A model generated the notes under the pieces. The model worked only from the letters and a program-made list of their open reading frames with translations, was not told the origin of the DNA and ran no database searches. DNA of 64,000 bases from Bacteroidales bacterium (GTDB lineage: Bacteria; Bacteroidota; Bacteroidia; Bacteroidales; CAIWKO01), in NCBI GenBank assembly GCA_035389045.1, contig DAOORA010000015.1, positions 1-64,000 of the forward strand, given 5' to 3'. Both the position numbers and the translations under genes were made by a program. Numbering within the stretch: position 1 is the first letter of the stretch; each line of letters starts with the position of its first letter. Shown here piece after piece: positions 31,001 through 40,103 of this stretch.

Positions 31001-32970
31001 CAATTCAGCCTTTTGTGCTAAAATCGGTTAAAGTCAGATCGTTATCTACCAGCGCTTCATCCAAAACGGTTACTTTAAAAAATTCTTCTGGCACCACGCT
31101 TAGTACGGTCACTGTAAACAATGTACCCACGGGTGAAAGCCGCATTACTTTGAATATTAATGTTCCTGTGGGGACCAATCTCAGGTTGACTGCACCGGCG
31201 AACAGTTATCTGCAAAGGGATAATTCGGTTCCGACCGGCACATATCCTATCACGCTTCCGGGCGTTGTAAGCATTACAACCACCACCGCCAGTGCAAACC
31301 CGCAAATTTATTATTACTATTTTTATGATTGGGAGGTTCAGACTCTTTCATGCAGTAGCTCACGTACCGAGGTCATTGCCACGGTGAATACGCCGCCCGT
31401 TGCTTCGTTCTCAAGCGCTGTCGTGGCTGCCACTGCTGATTTTACCAACACTTCTACGGGGGCGACTTCCTTTTACTGGAACTTTGGCGATGGCTCCACC
31501 AGCACAGCAACAAGTCCATCGCATACCTATGCTTCCGACGGCACCTTCAATGTTATGTTAATTGCAAATAATGGACTGTGTTCAGATACCGTATATCAGA
31601 ATGTGACTATTATTACCATACCCACCAGATTTACTATCAGCGGACACACGCTTTATGCCAACAAGGTCAATGCCGGCAACCCGGCCCCCAATCCTCCTAC
31701 ATTCAATGCAGCAAAATACAGAATCGACAGGGTGGTCGTTGTGTTGAAAAATTATCCTGCAGGAACAGAACTGGCAAGAGATACCAGTGACGCATCGGGG
31801 GCTTTTCAGTTGAATAATGTCCTCAATGGAACTTATCTGTTGTCCTATGATAAATATACCCCCGACACGATGCTTTGGGGCAATGAAGCAAACGTTATTG
31901 ACCTAACCCTGACGAAATATTTAATAAGCAGTGATACATTAATGGATCCTTCAAGAAGTTTTACTGCAAAATATAAGAGAGCGATTGATGTGGATAATAA
32001 TTCAAGTATCAATGCCATTGATGTTTCCCGGCTTAAGGCAAAGATTGGCTCACCTTCACTGACTGTAAAAAACTTTCCGGCGGGGAACTGGGTAGCACTT
32101 GATACTTTGGTTACGGTGGCGGGTTCTGATTTGAATGTTGATCTCAAAACGATCTGCTATGGCGATTACGATGCCTCGAGCAGCAAGTATCGCGATTCTG
32201 CCACCACATGGGGTTCGGCAAAATCATTTTCTGAGAATATTATTATCGGCTCGGACGAATCAATAATTACGGGCAACAGCGGATATTTTGAAATTCCTTT
32301 GCGGATAAGTGCCAAAATAAATGATTTTTCAGCAATGGGTTTGGAATTGAATTATCCTGCAGATGAATACAAACTTACAACAGCTTCCCTGCCTCAGACA
32401 GGGTCCGGCAATACAGTAAAGATCAATCCCTCATTGGAAGAGATCATTGCTGATGACAATGATCTGCTGGTGACCGATGAAAAGGGAATCATACGGATTG
32501 TTTTCGCAACAACCAGGCATTTTGATGTCGCTGCCAATGATGAAGTAATCCGCCTGGGCTTTCATCCGCTCAGGGCTTTGGATGAGGGCGAACTTGATTT
32601 TCAATTGTCCGGTACGGGTATTTTGGCCGATCAATACGGTGTGGAAAATGAAGGTGCTTATTTGTTAATGCCAAAAATTTTTATTCAGGGTGACAATCCG
32701 GATACTGAATTTGGTTTTTCAGGTTATCCCAATCCTATTAACGGAAATGCCGTGATAACATATTCCCTTCCCGAAAGCGGAACCGTGAAACTGTCTGTAT
32801 ACAACACCACTGGCGAGAAGGTTTCGGAATTGGTAAATGGTTCTCAGCGTGCCGGGGTACATGCTGCTGTGTTTTCGCCTGATGGATTGGCACAGGGTAT
32901 CTATACGTTCAGGCTTGAGTTTTATGGTGCAGAACGATCGGAATGTCTGGTGCTGAAAATGATCTATTGA
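28060..32970 (+). CDS. Gingipain-like C25 cysteine peptidase: propeptide, catalytic domain, Ig/CARDB-like, PKD, dockerin-like, cohesin-like, T9SS CTD
   Basis: PGKPQLP propeptide, LLVGD, NYTAHC, GNCC, SYWDEDYYW, YHLMGDPS; WDFGDG PKD; YPNP CTD; start 28060 or 28072. Confidence 0.9.
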   Translation: MLKPMNIIKSIIVATLSVLVCDTFAQVELKLNTAKNELTVLEKSPYKLKAKASIDKLKMMNVSTVSGNFIELGCSGFTKIYDPGKPQLPVLNKLIEVPYGADIQVNIISYNEQVIELAGKGIVQKIMPSQPSISKNISLTDVPFYYDQAFYQTNAFNSNDMVTVSMAGTIRGVKMAQMSLAPFRYNPVTNVLKVYNDIVFEIVFNHPDVVLTEQMKSKYYSPYFESSLNSMINHTQPAAKDALTKYPVKYVIISLTTFQQALQPFVYWKRQKGFNVIEQYYSSAPTTATVKTYLQGLYDAGTPADPAPTFVLLVGDVAQIPTYTGVADNAHKTDLYFCTLDGSGDYIPDMYYGRFSATTTTHVTNQVNKTLLYEKYLMPTATYMDTVVMVAGYDSYGNDATYGNGQINYGTTNYFNASHGIYSYTYLDPNNTEAIAGAAMRANLYKGVGYANYTAHCSSSGWATPAFSTSQIASMYNNNKYGLLVGNCCQSNTFYDPECFGEALLRAYANKGAVGYIGASDYSYWDEDYYWGVGARSSISANPTYSASALGSYDCIFHDKGQPKTSWYYTNDQMRYAGLLAVQQSSSTMKQYYWEEYHLMGDPSVMNYFSVPDPMTVTYTSPQNAGVSSLVVNTVEDAYVAISHAGVLLDAELAPVGGVTTLNFSPINQADTLDVVVTKQNKQPYIGTLIVVNASIPLDAELVSINSPDVSYNCGGISVVPQVTVRNAGTTTLTSFRLTYQITGGSQQIYNWSGSLASNQTVNINLPAITLPSVSFTFSAATSLPNGSADQNPSNDSKTKAITVNNFVVSADFSGNQTTSCNAPLSVVFTNSSSNATSYLWDFGDGSTSTDASPTHNYTSLGTYTVVLTASAGVCGSDTETKTAYITVGSDAPVGTNASRCGAGSVILNVSGSGTLNWYDALSGGNLLTTGTAYVTPNLTATTSYFVESVIPGTTSYTGLTNVILANTSNINAEQGLVFTAIQPFVLKSVKVRSLSTSASSKTVTLKNSSGTTLSTVTVNNVPTGESRITLNINVPVGTNLRLTAPANSYLQRDNSVPTGTYPITLPGVVSITTTTASANPQIYYYYFYDWEVQTLSCSSSRTEVIATVNTPPVASFSSAVVAATADFTNTSTGATSFYWNFGDGSTSTATSPSHTYASDGTFNVMLIANNGLCSDTVYQNVTIITIPTRFTISGHTLYANKVNAGNPAPNPPTFNAAKYRIDRVVVVLKNYPAGTELARDTSDASGAFQLNNVLNGTYLLSYDKYTPDTMLWGNEANVIDLTLTKYLISSDTLMDPSRSFTAKYKRAIDVDNNSSINAIDVSRLKAKIGSPSLTVKNFPAGNWVALDTLVTVAGSDLNVDLKTICYGDYDASSSKYRDSATTWGSAKSFSENIIIGSDESIITGNSGYFEIPLRISAKINDFSAMGLELNYPADEYKLTTASLPQTGSGNTVKINPSLEEIIADDNDLLVTDEKGIIRIVFATTRHFDVAANDEVIRLGFHPLRALDEGELDFQLSGTGILADQYGVENEGAYLLMPKIFIQGDNPDTEFGFSGYPNPINGNAVITYSLPESGTVKLSVYNTTGEKVSELVNGSQRAGVHAAVFSPDGLAQGIYTFRLEFYGAERSECLVLKMIY

Positions 32971-32992
32971 GACAATGATTTTTGATGTTTCC

Positions 32993-33034
32993 AAAAAAAG
33001 AGACCATCCTTATTGGGGACGGCCTCTTTTTTTT
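32993..33034. terminator. Probable bidirectional intrinsic terminator
   Basis: A7-GAGACC...GGCCTC-T8 hairpin between convergent genes. Confidence 0.75.
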
Positions 33035-33144
33035 GAAGTTTTTTACCGGTTTATATCCAAACTGTCGTTTTCTTCTGAACGAAAATACGGAAGAAGTACA
33101 TCCAGCGATGAATTTCATCCGGCATTTTGTTATTACGAAATCTT

Positions 33145-34686
33145 TTATTCCAGGCTTCCGATAGCTTTTTCAACCTCGTGAAGGATTTCGCAGGATTTAA
33201 CCAGTGCTTTCATTTTATTGTGATCAGGATACAGAGGGCGGTCAATATCAAGATAACTGACATGTTTACGGATAGTTTCCTTGGCCACTTTTGTTCCGTC
33301 GCCCTGCTGGAATTTCTGTTCATCAAATTTTTCGCGGAGGTCAAGAGCCTGAGCCGCAGCCATATATTCAATACCCAGTATGCCATAGGCATTGTCGAGT
33401 ATCTGAAGGTTTTTCAGGACGCCGTTCATACCCATAGAAACAAAATCTTCCTGGTCGGCTGCAGCAGGAATTGACTGAACACAGGAGGGCATAGACAAAA
33501 TTCTCTGTTCTACGATCTGCATATCAGCTGTATATTGGCTGAGCATCATACCGGAGAACATGCCGGCGCCTTTGGTAAGGAATGGCGGAAGTCCTACACT
33601 GAGGGCAGGGTTGTTCAAACGGTTCATACGGCGTTCCGAAAGGACACACACCATGGTAACCACGGCGCCGACCATATCCATCGGGACAGAGATGGGCGTC
33701 CCCTGGAAGTTGGCTCCGGAAAGCTGGAGATTTTCTTCTGCAAAAAAGATCGGGTTGTCGGCCACGCCGTTCAGTTCTGTTTCAACCTGAGAGCGTGCCC
33801 AGGCAACCTGGTCATGTGCTGAGCCGATAACCTGCGGTGTGGAACGCATGGAATAAGCATCCTGTACTTTCACCTTGATTTTTCCTGTGGCAAGATCTCC
33901 GTTTTGTGTGATCTTTCTGATGGATGCTGCACTACGCATACCGCCTTTGAAACCACGGACTTCGAGAATCTTATGATTATAAGGTTTCAGGTTGGCCTTC
34001 AGGGCTTCGAGGGTCATAGCGCAGGCTATTTCGGCTTGTTTGAGAAAATTGTTCACATCATGAAGTATCAGGCATGAAATACCGGTGATACAGTTGGAGC
34101 CGTTAATGGCAGCCAGGCCGTCGCGGGCATGTAATCCCGGAGGCACGATACCGGCGCGGTTCATGGCCTCTTTACCTTCCAGCAGTTCCCCTTTATAATA
34201 CGCATGTCCTTCGCCCATCAGTAGTAAAGCAATCTGCGACATAGGCGCCAGGTCGCCGCAGGCTCCCACGGAACCTTTTACACAAACCATAGGTGTGACA
34301 CCCTTATTGAGCATCTCTACAAAAGTTTGTGTGATCTCTGGACGGCAGCCGGAATGGCCGTTAGCATGCACATTGATGCGGCTGAGCATGGCGGCACGCA
34401 CATGTTCAACAGGCATGGGTTCGCCAATACCCGCAGCATGGTTGTAAACCAGATATTTCTGAAAATCCTGTACCTGGTCATCAGTAAGTACGATTTCTGA
34501 AAATTCACCAATACCGGTGTTGATGCCATACATGATTTCATGGGCTTCGATCTTTTTGTCGAGCATGGCCCGGCATTTTTTTATACGTTCAACAGCATCG
34601 GGATGCAGTTCGATTTTTTCGTTGTAACGGGCTACATTAACAACGTCTTCAATGGTCAGGTTTTTTCCTGTTACTATAATAGCCAT
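33145..34686 (-). CDS. MIO-dependent aromatic amino acid ammonia-lyase (HAL-like)
   Basis: YGINTG, GSVGACGDLAP, QDAYSMR, DNP, QEDFVSM. Confidence 0.9.
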   Translation of the reverse strand: MAIIVTGKNLTIEDVVNVARYNEKIELHPDAVERIKKCRAMLDKKIEAHEIMYGINTGIGEFSEIVLTDDQVQDFQKYLVYNHAAGIGEPMPVEHVRAAMLSRINVHANGHSGCRPEITQTFVEMLNKGVTPMVCVKGSVGACGDLAPMSQIALLLMGEGHAYYKGELLEGKEAMNRAGIVPPGLHARDGLAAINGSNCITGISCLILHDVNNFLKQAEIACAMTLEALKANLKPYNHKILEVRGFKGGMRSAASIRKITQNGDLATGKIKVKVQDAYSMRSTPQVIGSAHDQVAWARSQVETELNGVADNPIFFAEENLQLSGANFQGTPISVPMDMVGAVVTMVCVLSERRMNRLNNPALSVGLPPFLTKGAGMFSGMMLSQYTADMQIVEQRILSMPSCVQSIPAAADQEDFVSMGMNGVLKNLQILDNAYGILGIEYMAAAQALDLREKFDEQKFQQGDGTKVAKETIRKHVSYLDIDRPLYPDHNKMKALVKSCEILHEVEKAIGSLE

Positions 34687-34848
34687 ATTATTTATATTTA
34701 AAGTTTTTAAAATTTATAAAAAATCAGAAAAAGAGAATAAAAAATAATGCACGAAAGAAGAACTGTCAGCAAAGGCCGCTGCGGTTAATCTTAATTTTGA
34801 ATTTTAAATTCCAGTTGTGCATGTGTGAAAAAAAACAAACAAAAATAA

Positions 34849-36258
34849 TTATTTTTTTATCATACAGATTATTTCGTCAACACTTGCTTTTTTTTCCTCG
34901 CCACTGGTCATATCTCTCAGTTTAAAGCATTGTTCCGTCATTTCTGTTGTTCCGGCTATCGCCACCCAGGGAATTTTTTTTGCATCGGCGTATGCAAATT
35001 GTTTTTTCAGCCGGGTGCCGTCGGGATAAAGTTCGGCGCAAATGCCGGCTTTGCGGAGTTTGGCCAGTGCAAGTAATGCATATTTTTCTTCTTCCTTACC
35101 AAAATTTACGAAAAGTAGTTGTGTTGAGATACCTGTTTTTTCCGGAAAAAGTTTCAATTCATCCAGCACGTCATAAATACGGTCGGCGCCGAATGATACC
35201 CCGACGCCGGAAACATGCGGCAGTCCGAAGATCCCGGTAAGGTCGTCATAACGTCCGCCGCCGCAGATGCTGCCCATGGACACATCTTTTGCTTTTACTT
35301 CTATGATGGCGCCGGTATAGTAATCAAGGCCGCGGGCAAGGGTCGGATCAAAGTCAATTTTTATGTCGGGTTGAATTTCACCCAACAAATTGATGATCTG
35401 AGATACTTCATTTATACCCAAACTACCGGTTGAGGATTTTTCCAGTGTTCCGGCCAGCTTCTCAAGAATTGTTTTTCCTTCAGAGGCAGTTTCGCCCGGA
35501 ACAACTTTCCGGCCTGTCACATCTCCGATTTTGAAAATATCAAACAACGTTGAAATACTATTTTCGTTGAGCCCTTTGAGTTTTAGTTCCTCTTTGACCT
35601 CATCCCAGCCCATTTTTTCTGCTTTATCAATGGCTATGGCTATATCCATCATTTTGTCCGGCTCGCCGATGATTTCGGCTAATCCGCTGAGTATTTTCCG
35701 GTTGTTGAGTTTAATAATAATTTGGAGGCCGAGTTTTTGGAAAATATCAACAATGATCTGGATCAGTTCCACTTCATTAATAAGGGAGTTGCTGCCGATA
35801 ATATCCACATCGCACTGATAGAACTCACGGTAGCGTCCCTTTTGTGGCCTGTCGGCCCGCCACACCGGTTGAATCTGGTAGCGTTTGAACGGGAAGGAAA
35901 GCTCATTCTGGTGCATCACTACAAACCGGGCAAAAGGCACGGTAAGGTCATACCTCAGCCCGATCTCTGATTTTTGCGGAAGCCAGTACGGATAGATGTT
36001 ATCAAGTATGGCAGCCTTTTCTTTGGATAAATGATCTCTCAGATTTTTATTGCTCCTGATCTGATAAATCAATTTATCACCTTCCTCGCCATATTTTCCG
36101 AGCAGTGTCGAAAGGTTTTCCATTGCAGGGGTCTCGATCGGCAAATAGCCATATAACCTGAAAATATTTTCGATAGTATCAAAAATATATTTCCGGCGGC
36201 TCATTTCAACAGGTGAAAAATCGCGTGTCCCCTTGGGTATTGAAACATTTACTCCCAT
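34849..36258 (-). CDS. hisS: Histidine--tRNA ligase
   Basis: PKGTRDF, LRYDLTVP, GRYREFYQCD, ARGLDYYTG, GGGRYD. Confidence 0.97.
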   Translation of the reverse strand: MGVNVSIPKGTRDFSPVEMSRRKYIFDTIENIFRLYGYLPIETPAMENLSTLLGKYGEEGDKLIYQIRSNKNLRDHLSKEKAAILDNIYPYWLPQKSEIGLRYDLTVPFARFVVMHQNELSFPFKRYQIQPVWRADRPQKGRYREFYQCDVDIIGSNSLINEVELIQIIVDIFQKLGLQIIIKLNNRKILSGLAEIIGEPDKMMDIAIAIDKAEKMGWDEVKEELKLKGLNENSISTLFDIFKIGDVTGRKVVPGETASEGKTILEKLAGTLEKSSTGSLGINEVSQIINLLGEIQPDIKIDFDPTLARGLDYYTGAIIEVKAKDVSMGSICGGGRYDDLTGIFGLPHVSGVGVSFGADRIYDVLDELKLFPEKTGISTQLLFVNFGKEEEKYALLALAKLRKAGICAELYPDGTRLKKQFAYADAKKIPWVAIAGTTEMTEQCFKLRDMTSGEEKKASVDEIICMIKK

Positions 36259-36294
36259 CTTAAATTTTTTGTAAAAATAGACAAATCCGTGTAA

Positions 36295-37080
36295 TTATAG
36301 GCGCATTAATTCTTGTAACATCGCCGGATTGTCGGTAATGATGCCATCCACGCCATATCGGATGAGATGTTGCATTCGTTTGCACTTGTTGACTGTCCAG
36401 ATAAAAGTTTTTTTATTCAGCCCATGAAGGAAATCTATGGATTTTTGGTTTGCAAAGCGCTGGTTGATATTTATTTCTGAAATAAAACTTATGTTAATAT
36501 TGTTGTAATTCGGACGCCCCGGTCTTGCATCAGCCATAAGCAGCCCGAGGGTAATTTCGTGGTCAATCTTGTGAAGGCTGTATAATGATTCATATTCGAA
36601 CGACTGCACCACACACCATGATTTGGCATTATACCGGCTGATCAGGTCTGCAATTTTTTTTTCCAGTCCTTTATACATATTTTCCTGATTTTTTACTTCG
36701 ATGAGCAGGGTACATTTTCCGTTTACCAGTTCCAGTACCTCTTCCAGCACAGGGATGTGTTCACCCCGATATTTTTCTGAAAATTTGCACCCCGTGTCAT
36801 AGACGGCCATTTCTGCATAAGTCATATCGGATATCCGACCCTTGCCGTTTGTGGTACGGTTGATTTTTTCATCATGGATAACTACAACAACATTGTCTTT
36901 GCTAAGTTGTACATCCAGTTCAATGCGATCCACGCCAAGTTTGATGGCATTTTTAAAGGCCGCAATCGTGTTTTCAGGCGCCAGAAGACCTCCTCCGCGA
37001 TGTGCCACCACCAGGGGCTTTTTACAGGGAGCGTCTTTCGTGTAGTTCGTTTCCATGTGGGAAAGTTCGGTTTTGTTCAT
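36295..37080 (-). CDS. Glycerophosphodiester phosphodiesterase
   Basis: AHRG, PENT, ELDVQ, HD, WTVN, GVDGIITD. Confidence 0.92.
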   Translation of the reverse strand: MNKTELSHMETNYTKDAPCKKPLVVAHRGGGLLAPENTIAAFKNAIKLGVDRIELDVQLSKDNVVVVIHDEKINRTTNGKGRISDMTYAEMAVYDTGCKFSEKYRGEHIPVLEEVLELVNGKCTLLIEVKNQENMYKGLEKKIADLISRYNAKSWCVVQSFEYESLYSLHKIDHEITLGLLMADARPGRPNYNNINISFISEININQRFANQKSIDFLHGLNKKTFIWTVNKCKRMQHLIRYGVDGIITDNPAMLQELMRL

Positions 37081-37550
37081 TATAATCCCAGATCATCTTT
37101 GATTTTCCTGAGAAAGAGTTCAACTTCAGGGCTTCCTTCTTCCGGCGACCAGGAAGCAAATATTTTAACCGTATCAGGAAGATAAGGGCCTTCTTTTATT
37201 TCATAGGCCACCGTTTGCGGTTCGAGGCATATCATCGAATGAAAGCGTCCGGGGGGGATTTCAGCAGCAAAGTTCCCGCAATCCCTGTCAAGGATAATAA
37301 ACTCCGAAATGCCGCCTTCGTCATTAAATTCCAGCACCAGGATGCTTCCGCGCAATACGATGAAAACTTCATTTTTATCCGGGTTTTCATGTTTATGAGG
37401 GCGGATATAAGTATCGGGTTCTAAGGCGTTAAGCATTCGCTGGAGCAGATCCTCATTGCCTTTGTGAAAATTATAATTCTTTCTTTTCCGGGCCGAACAG
37501 CTGGCTTTGGCCGACAGTTCCCCTAAAAGTTTATTGTCTGTAACGATCAT
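37080..37550 (-). CDS. WbuC-family cupin metalloprotein
   Basis: RKNYNFH, YIRPHKH, FHS, EIKEGPY. Confidence 0.85.
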   Translation of the reverse strand: MIVTDNKLLGELSAKASCSARKRKNYNFHKGNEDLLQRMLNALEPDTYIRPHKHENPDKNEVFIVLRGSILVLEFNDEGGISEFIILDRDCGNFAAEIPPGRFHSMICLEPQTVAYEIKEGPYLPDTVKIFASWSPEEGSPEVELFLRKIKDDLGL

Positions 37551-37551
37551 C

Positions 37552-38142
37552 TCAGAATTTGGTATGTTTGAAATTTTCGAGCCATTTGATGGTTTCTTTG
37601 GGCGTAAATGTTTTTAAACGCTCAATTAATTCGGTTTCATCATTACTTGCAAAAAAAAGTTCTTTATGTTCCTGGCGGATAAAGTGTTCTTCAACAAAAT
37701 GGTCGATCAGTTCGAACATCTTATCAAAGTATCCGTCAATATTGAAGACGCCAATGGGCTTTTTCATTATTCCCAGCTGGTTCAGGGTCAGCATTTCAAA
37801 AAATTCGTCCATGGTGCCGAAGCCTCCGGGCAGGATGACGAAAGCATCAGAAAGTTGTTCTATCAGGGTTTTGCGTTCGCTCATCGAGGCCACGATATGA
37901 GTTCTGGTGATGTGTTTGTGTGCCACCTCCACGTCAACCAACCGCTGAGGGATGACGCCAATCACTTCGCCGCCTTCTTCGAGCATGGAATCTGCCAGTA
38001 CGCCCATTAATCCTATGTTTCCTGAGCCGTAAACCAGCGAAAAATTGTTTTTAACAAACAATTTACCCATACTTTTTGCCTTTTCGGTGTAAATTAAACG
38101 GCCACCTGCCGAAGAACCGCAAAAAACCGCAATATTTTTCAT
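37552..38142 (-). CDS. LOG-family nucleotide 5'-monophosphate nucleosidase (TIGR00730-like)
   Basis: VFCGSS, GLMG, PGGFGTMDE. Confidence 0.92.
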   Translation of the reverse strand: MKNIAVFCGSSAGGRLIYTEKAKSMGKLFVKNNFSLVYGSGNIGLMGVLADSMLEEGGEVIGVIPQRLVDVEVAHKHITRTHIVASMSERKTLIEQLSDAFVILPGGFGTMDEFFEMLTLNQLGIMKKPIGVFNIDGYFDKMFELIDHFVEEHFIRQEHKELFFASNDETELIERLKTFTPKETIKWLENFKHTKF

Positions 38143-38224
38143 GATCGTATTTTAACCTCACAAAACTAAGGTAATTCTGAATTCTAAAATCTGAATTCTG
38201 AAATTAATTCTACCTTTGCACCTT

Positions 38225-39490
38225 ATGAATAATGAAAAGGAATTCAGATTTTTTACTCTCGGCAACGGTATACGCGTTGTTTATAAAAGCAGTAATACCC
38301 CAGTTGTTCATCTGGGTTTTTTTATCAATGCCGGATCGCGCGATGAAACACCGCCGGAGAAGGGAATGGCTCATTTTATTGAACATGTGATCTTTAAAGG
38401 AACCCGAAAACGCCGGTCCTACCAGATATTCAACTGCATCGAAAACCTGGGCGGTGAGCTGAATGCCTATACGGCAAAAGAAGAAACCTGCATTCATTGT
38501 TCGGTGCTGAAGGAGCATTTTGAAAAAGCTGCTGAATTGATTTCCGACGTGGTTTTCAACTCTGTTTTTCCTGACAAGGAAATAGAAAAGGAAAAGGACA
38601 TTATCATTGATGAGTACTATTATTATAAGGATATCCCCGAAGAGGTTATCCTTGATGATTTTGATGAACTGGTGTTTCCCCGGCACCCCCTGGGATGGAA
38701 CATTCTGGGCGAGCCGGCCAGGGTAAAGCAGTTTACCCGCGAAGATATACTGACCTTTATTCAAAAGAATTACATTCCCGAAAAGATGGTCATCAGCCTT
38801 GTTGGCGATCTGGATGAAAAAAAAGTACTAAAAATACTGGAAAAATATTTTGAACAGGATTCCATGACTGTGAAGACCTCGCATAAGCGTGAGCTATATA
38901 AAGGATATAAACCCCGTAAAAAGCACTATATAAAAAAAATATTCCAGTCGCATTGTGTCATGGGCCGGCCGGCCTATTCTGTTTTTGACAAACGGAGAAC
39001 CGGTCTGGTCTTGCTGAACAACCTGCTGGGCGGGCCGGCCTCCAATGCCCGGCTGAATATGGCGGTCCGCGAAAAACACGGCCTGACTTATAACATCGAA
39101 TCAAGTTATAGCGCCTTCTATGATACCGGTTTGGTCAGGATTTATGTGAGCACTGAGAACGGCAGCATGGACAAAACACTGGGATTAATATATAATGAAC
39201 TACGGAAGTTACGCGAAAACAAAATGAGCGCCCTTCAACTTACGAGGGTGAAAAAACAACTGATCGGAAATATTGCATTATCCTACGAATCCAAGATATC
39301 GGAAATGTTGTCGATAGGCAAAACCTATCTTGTTTTCGACAAGGTGGATACCGTTGCACAGATAAACAGCAAAATTGAAAAGATCGGCGCTAGTGAATTG
39401 CTGGCTATTGCAAATGAGATTTTCGACACCGGTAGCTTTTCGCAGATAATTTATCAGTCCAATGAGTCATACAGAACAGAAGATCATTGA
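38225..39490 (+). CDS. M16 (pitrilysin-like) zinc peptidase
   Basis: Inverted zinc motif HFIEH, LNAYT, REKHGLTY; TACCTTTG upstream at 38211-38218. Confidence 0.92.
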   Translation: MNNEKEFRFFTLGNGIRVVYKSSNTPVVHLGFFINAGSRDETPPEKGMAHFIEHVIFKGTRKRRSYQIFNCIENLGGELNAYTAKEETCIHCSVLKEHFEKAAELISDVVFNSVFPDKEIEKEKDIIIDEYYYYKDIPEEVILDDFDELVFPRHPLGWNILGEPARVKQFTREDILTFIQKNYIPEKMVISLVGDLDEKKVLKILEKYFEQDSMTVKTSHKRELYKGYKPRKKHYIKKIFQSHCVMGRPAYSVFDKRRTGLVLLNNLLGGPASNARLNMAVREKHGLTYNIESSYSAFYDTGLVRIYVSTENGSMDKTLGLIYNELRKLRENKMSALQLTRVKKQLIGNIALSYESKISEMLSIGKTYLVFDKVDTVAQINSKIEKIGASELLAIANEIFDTGSFSQIIYQSNESYRTEDH

Positions 39491-40103
39491 ATACGCTGAA
39501 CGAATCACCAAGCCCGAAACGGAGATTCTCCGGCGTATCAACAGGGAAACCCACCTTAAGGTGATGAATCCGATCATGCTTTCAGGACATCTTCAGGGCA
39601 AGTTGCTTGGCCTGTTGAGTTCCATGCAAAAGCCGCGGTTTGTGCTGGAAGTGGGTACCTATACGGCGTATTCTGCTATCTGCCTTGCACAGGGATTGCA
39701 GGAAGGCGGTAAGGTGTTCACCATAGAATCGGATCCGGAACTGGAGGATATTTGCAGGAAAAATATCGCACAAAGCGGGTTGCAGGAAAAAATCGAACTG
39801 CTGACCGGTGATGCCAGAGAGGTGATAAAAAGCATATATGAACCTTTGGATCTGGTTTATATTGATTGTGACAAAGATATCTATTTAGACATTTATAAAC
39901 TTGTTTTTGATAAGGTAGTCCATGGCGGATTCATCATCGCCGACAACGTCTTGTGGCATGGGAAAATCTTTGAGGATGACGGACGAAATTACCGGGGCAC
40001 GCAGTCAATTTCAGAATTTAATGAATATATCCGGAATGATGAACGGGTGGACAATTTATTACTACCCTTTCGTGACGGGTTGATGATCATTCAAAAGATT
40101 TAG
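39462..40103 (+). CDS. O-methyltransferase (caffeoyl-CoA OMT/TrmR-like family)
   Basis: LEVGTYTAYS, IDCDK, ADNVLW.G, RDGL. Confidence 0.9.
   Translation: MSHTEQKIIEYAERITKPETEILRRINRETHLKVMNPIMLSGHLQGKLLGLLSSMQKPRFVLEVGTYTAYSAICLAQGLQEGGKVFTIESDPELEDICRKNIAQSGLQEKIELLTGDAREVIKSIYEPLDLVYIDCDKDIYLDIYKLVFDKVVHGGFIIADNVLWHGKIFEDDGRNYRGTQSISEFNEYIRNDERVDNLLLPFRDGLMIIQKI

Noticed and set aside
34766..34822. 18 aa ORF (MHNWNLKFKIKINRSGLC) upstream of the lyase as an attenuator peptide
   Set aside because: Only one His and no clear terminator/antiterminator structure
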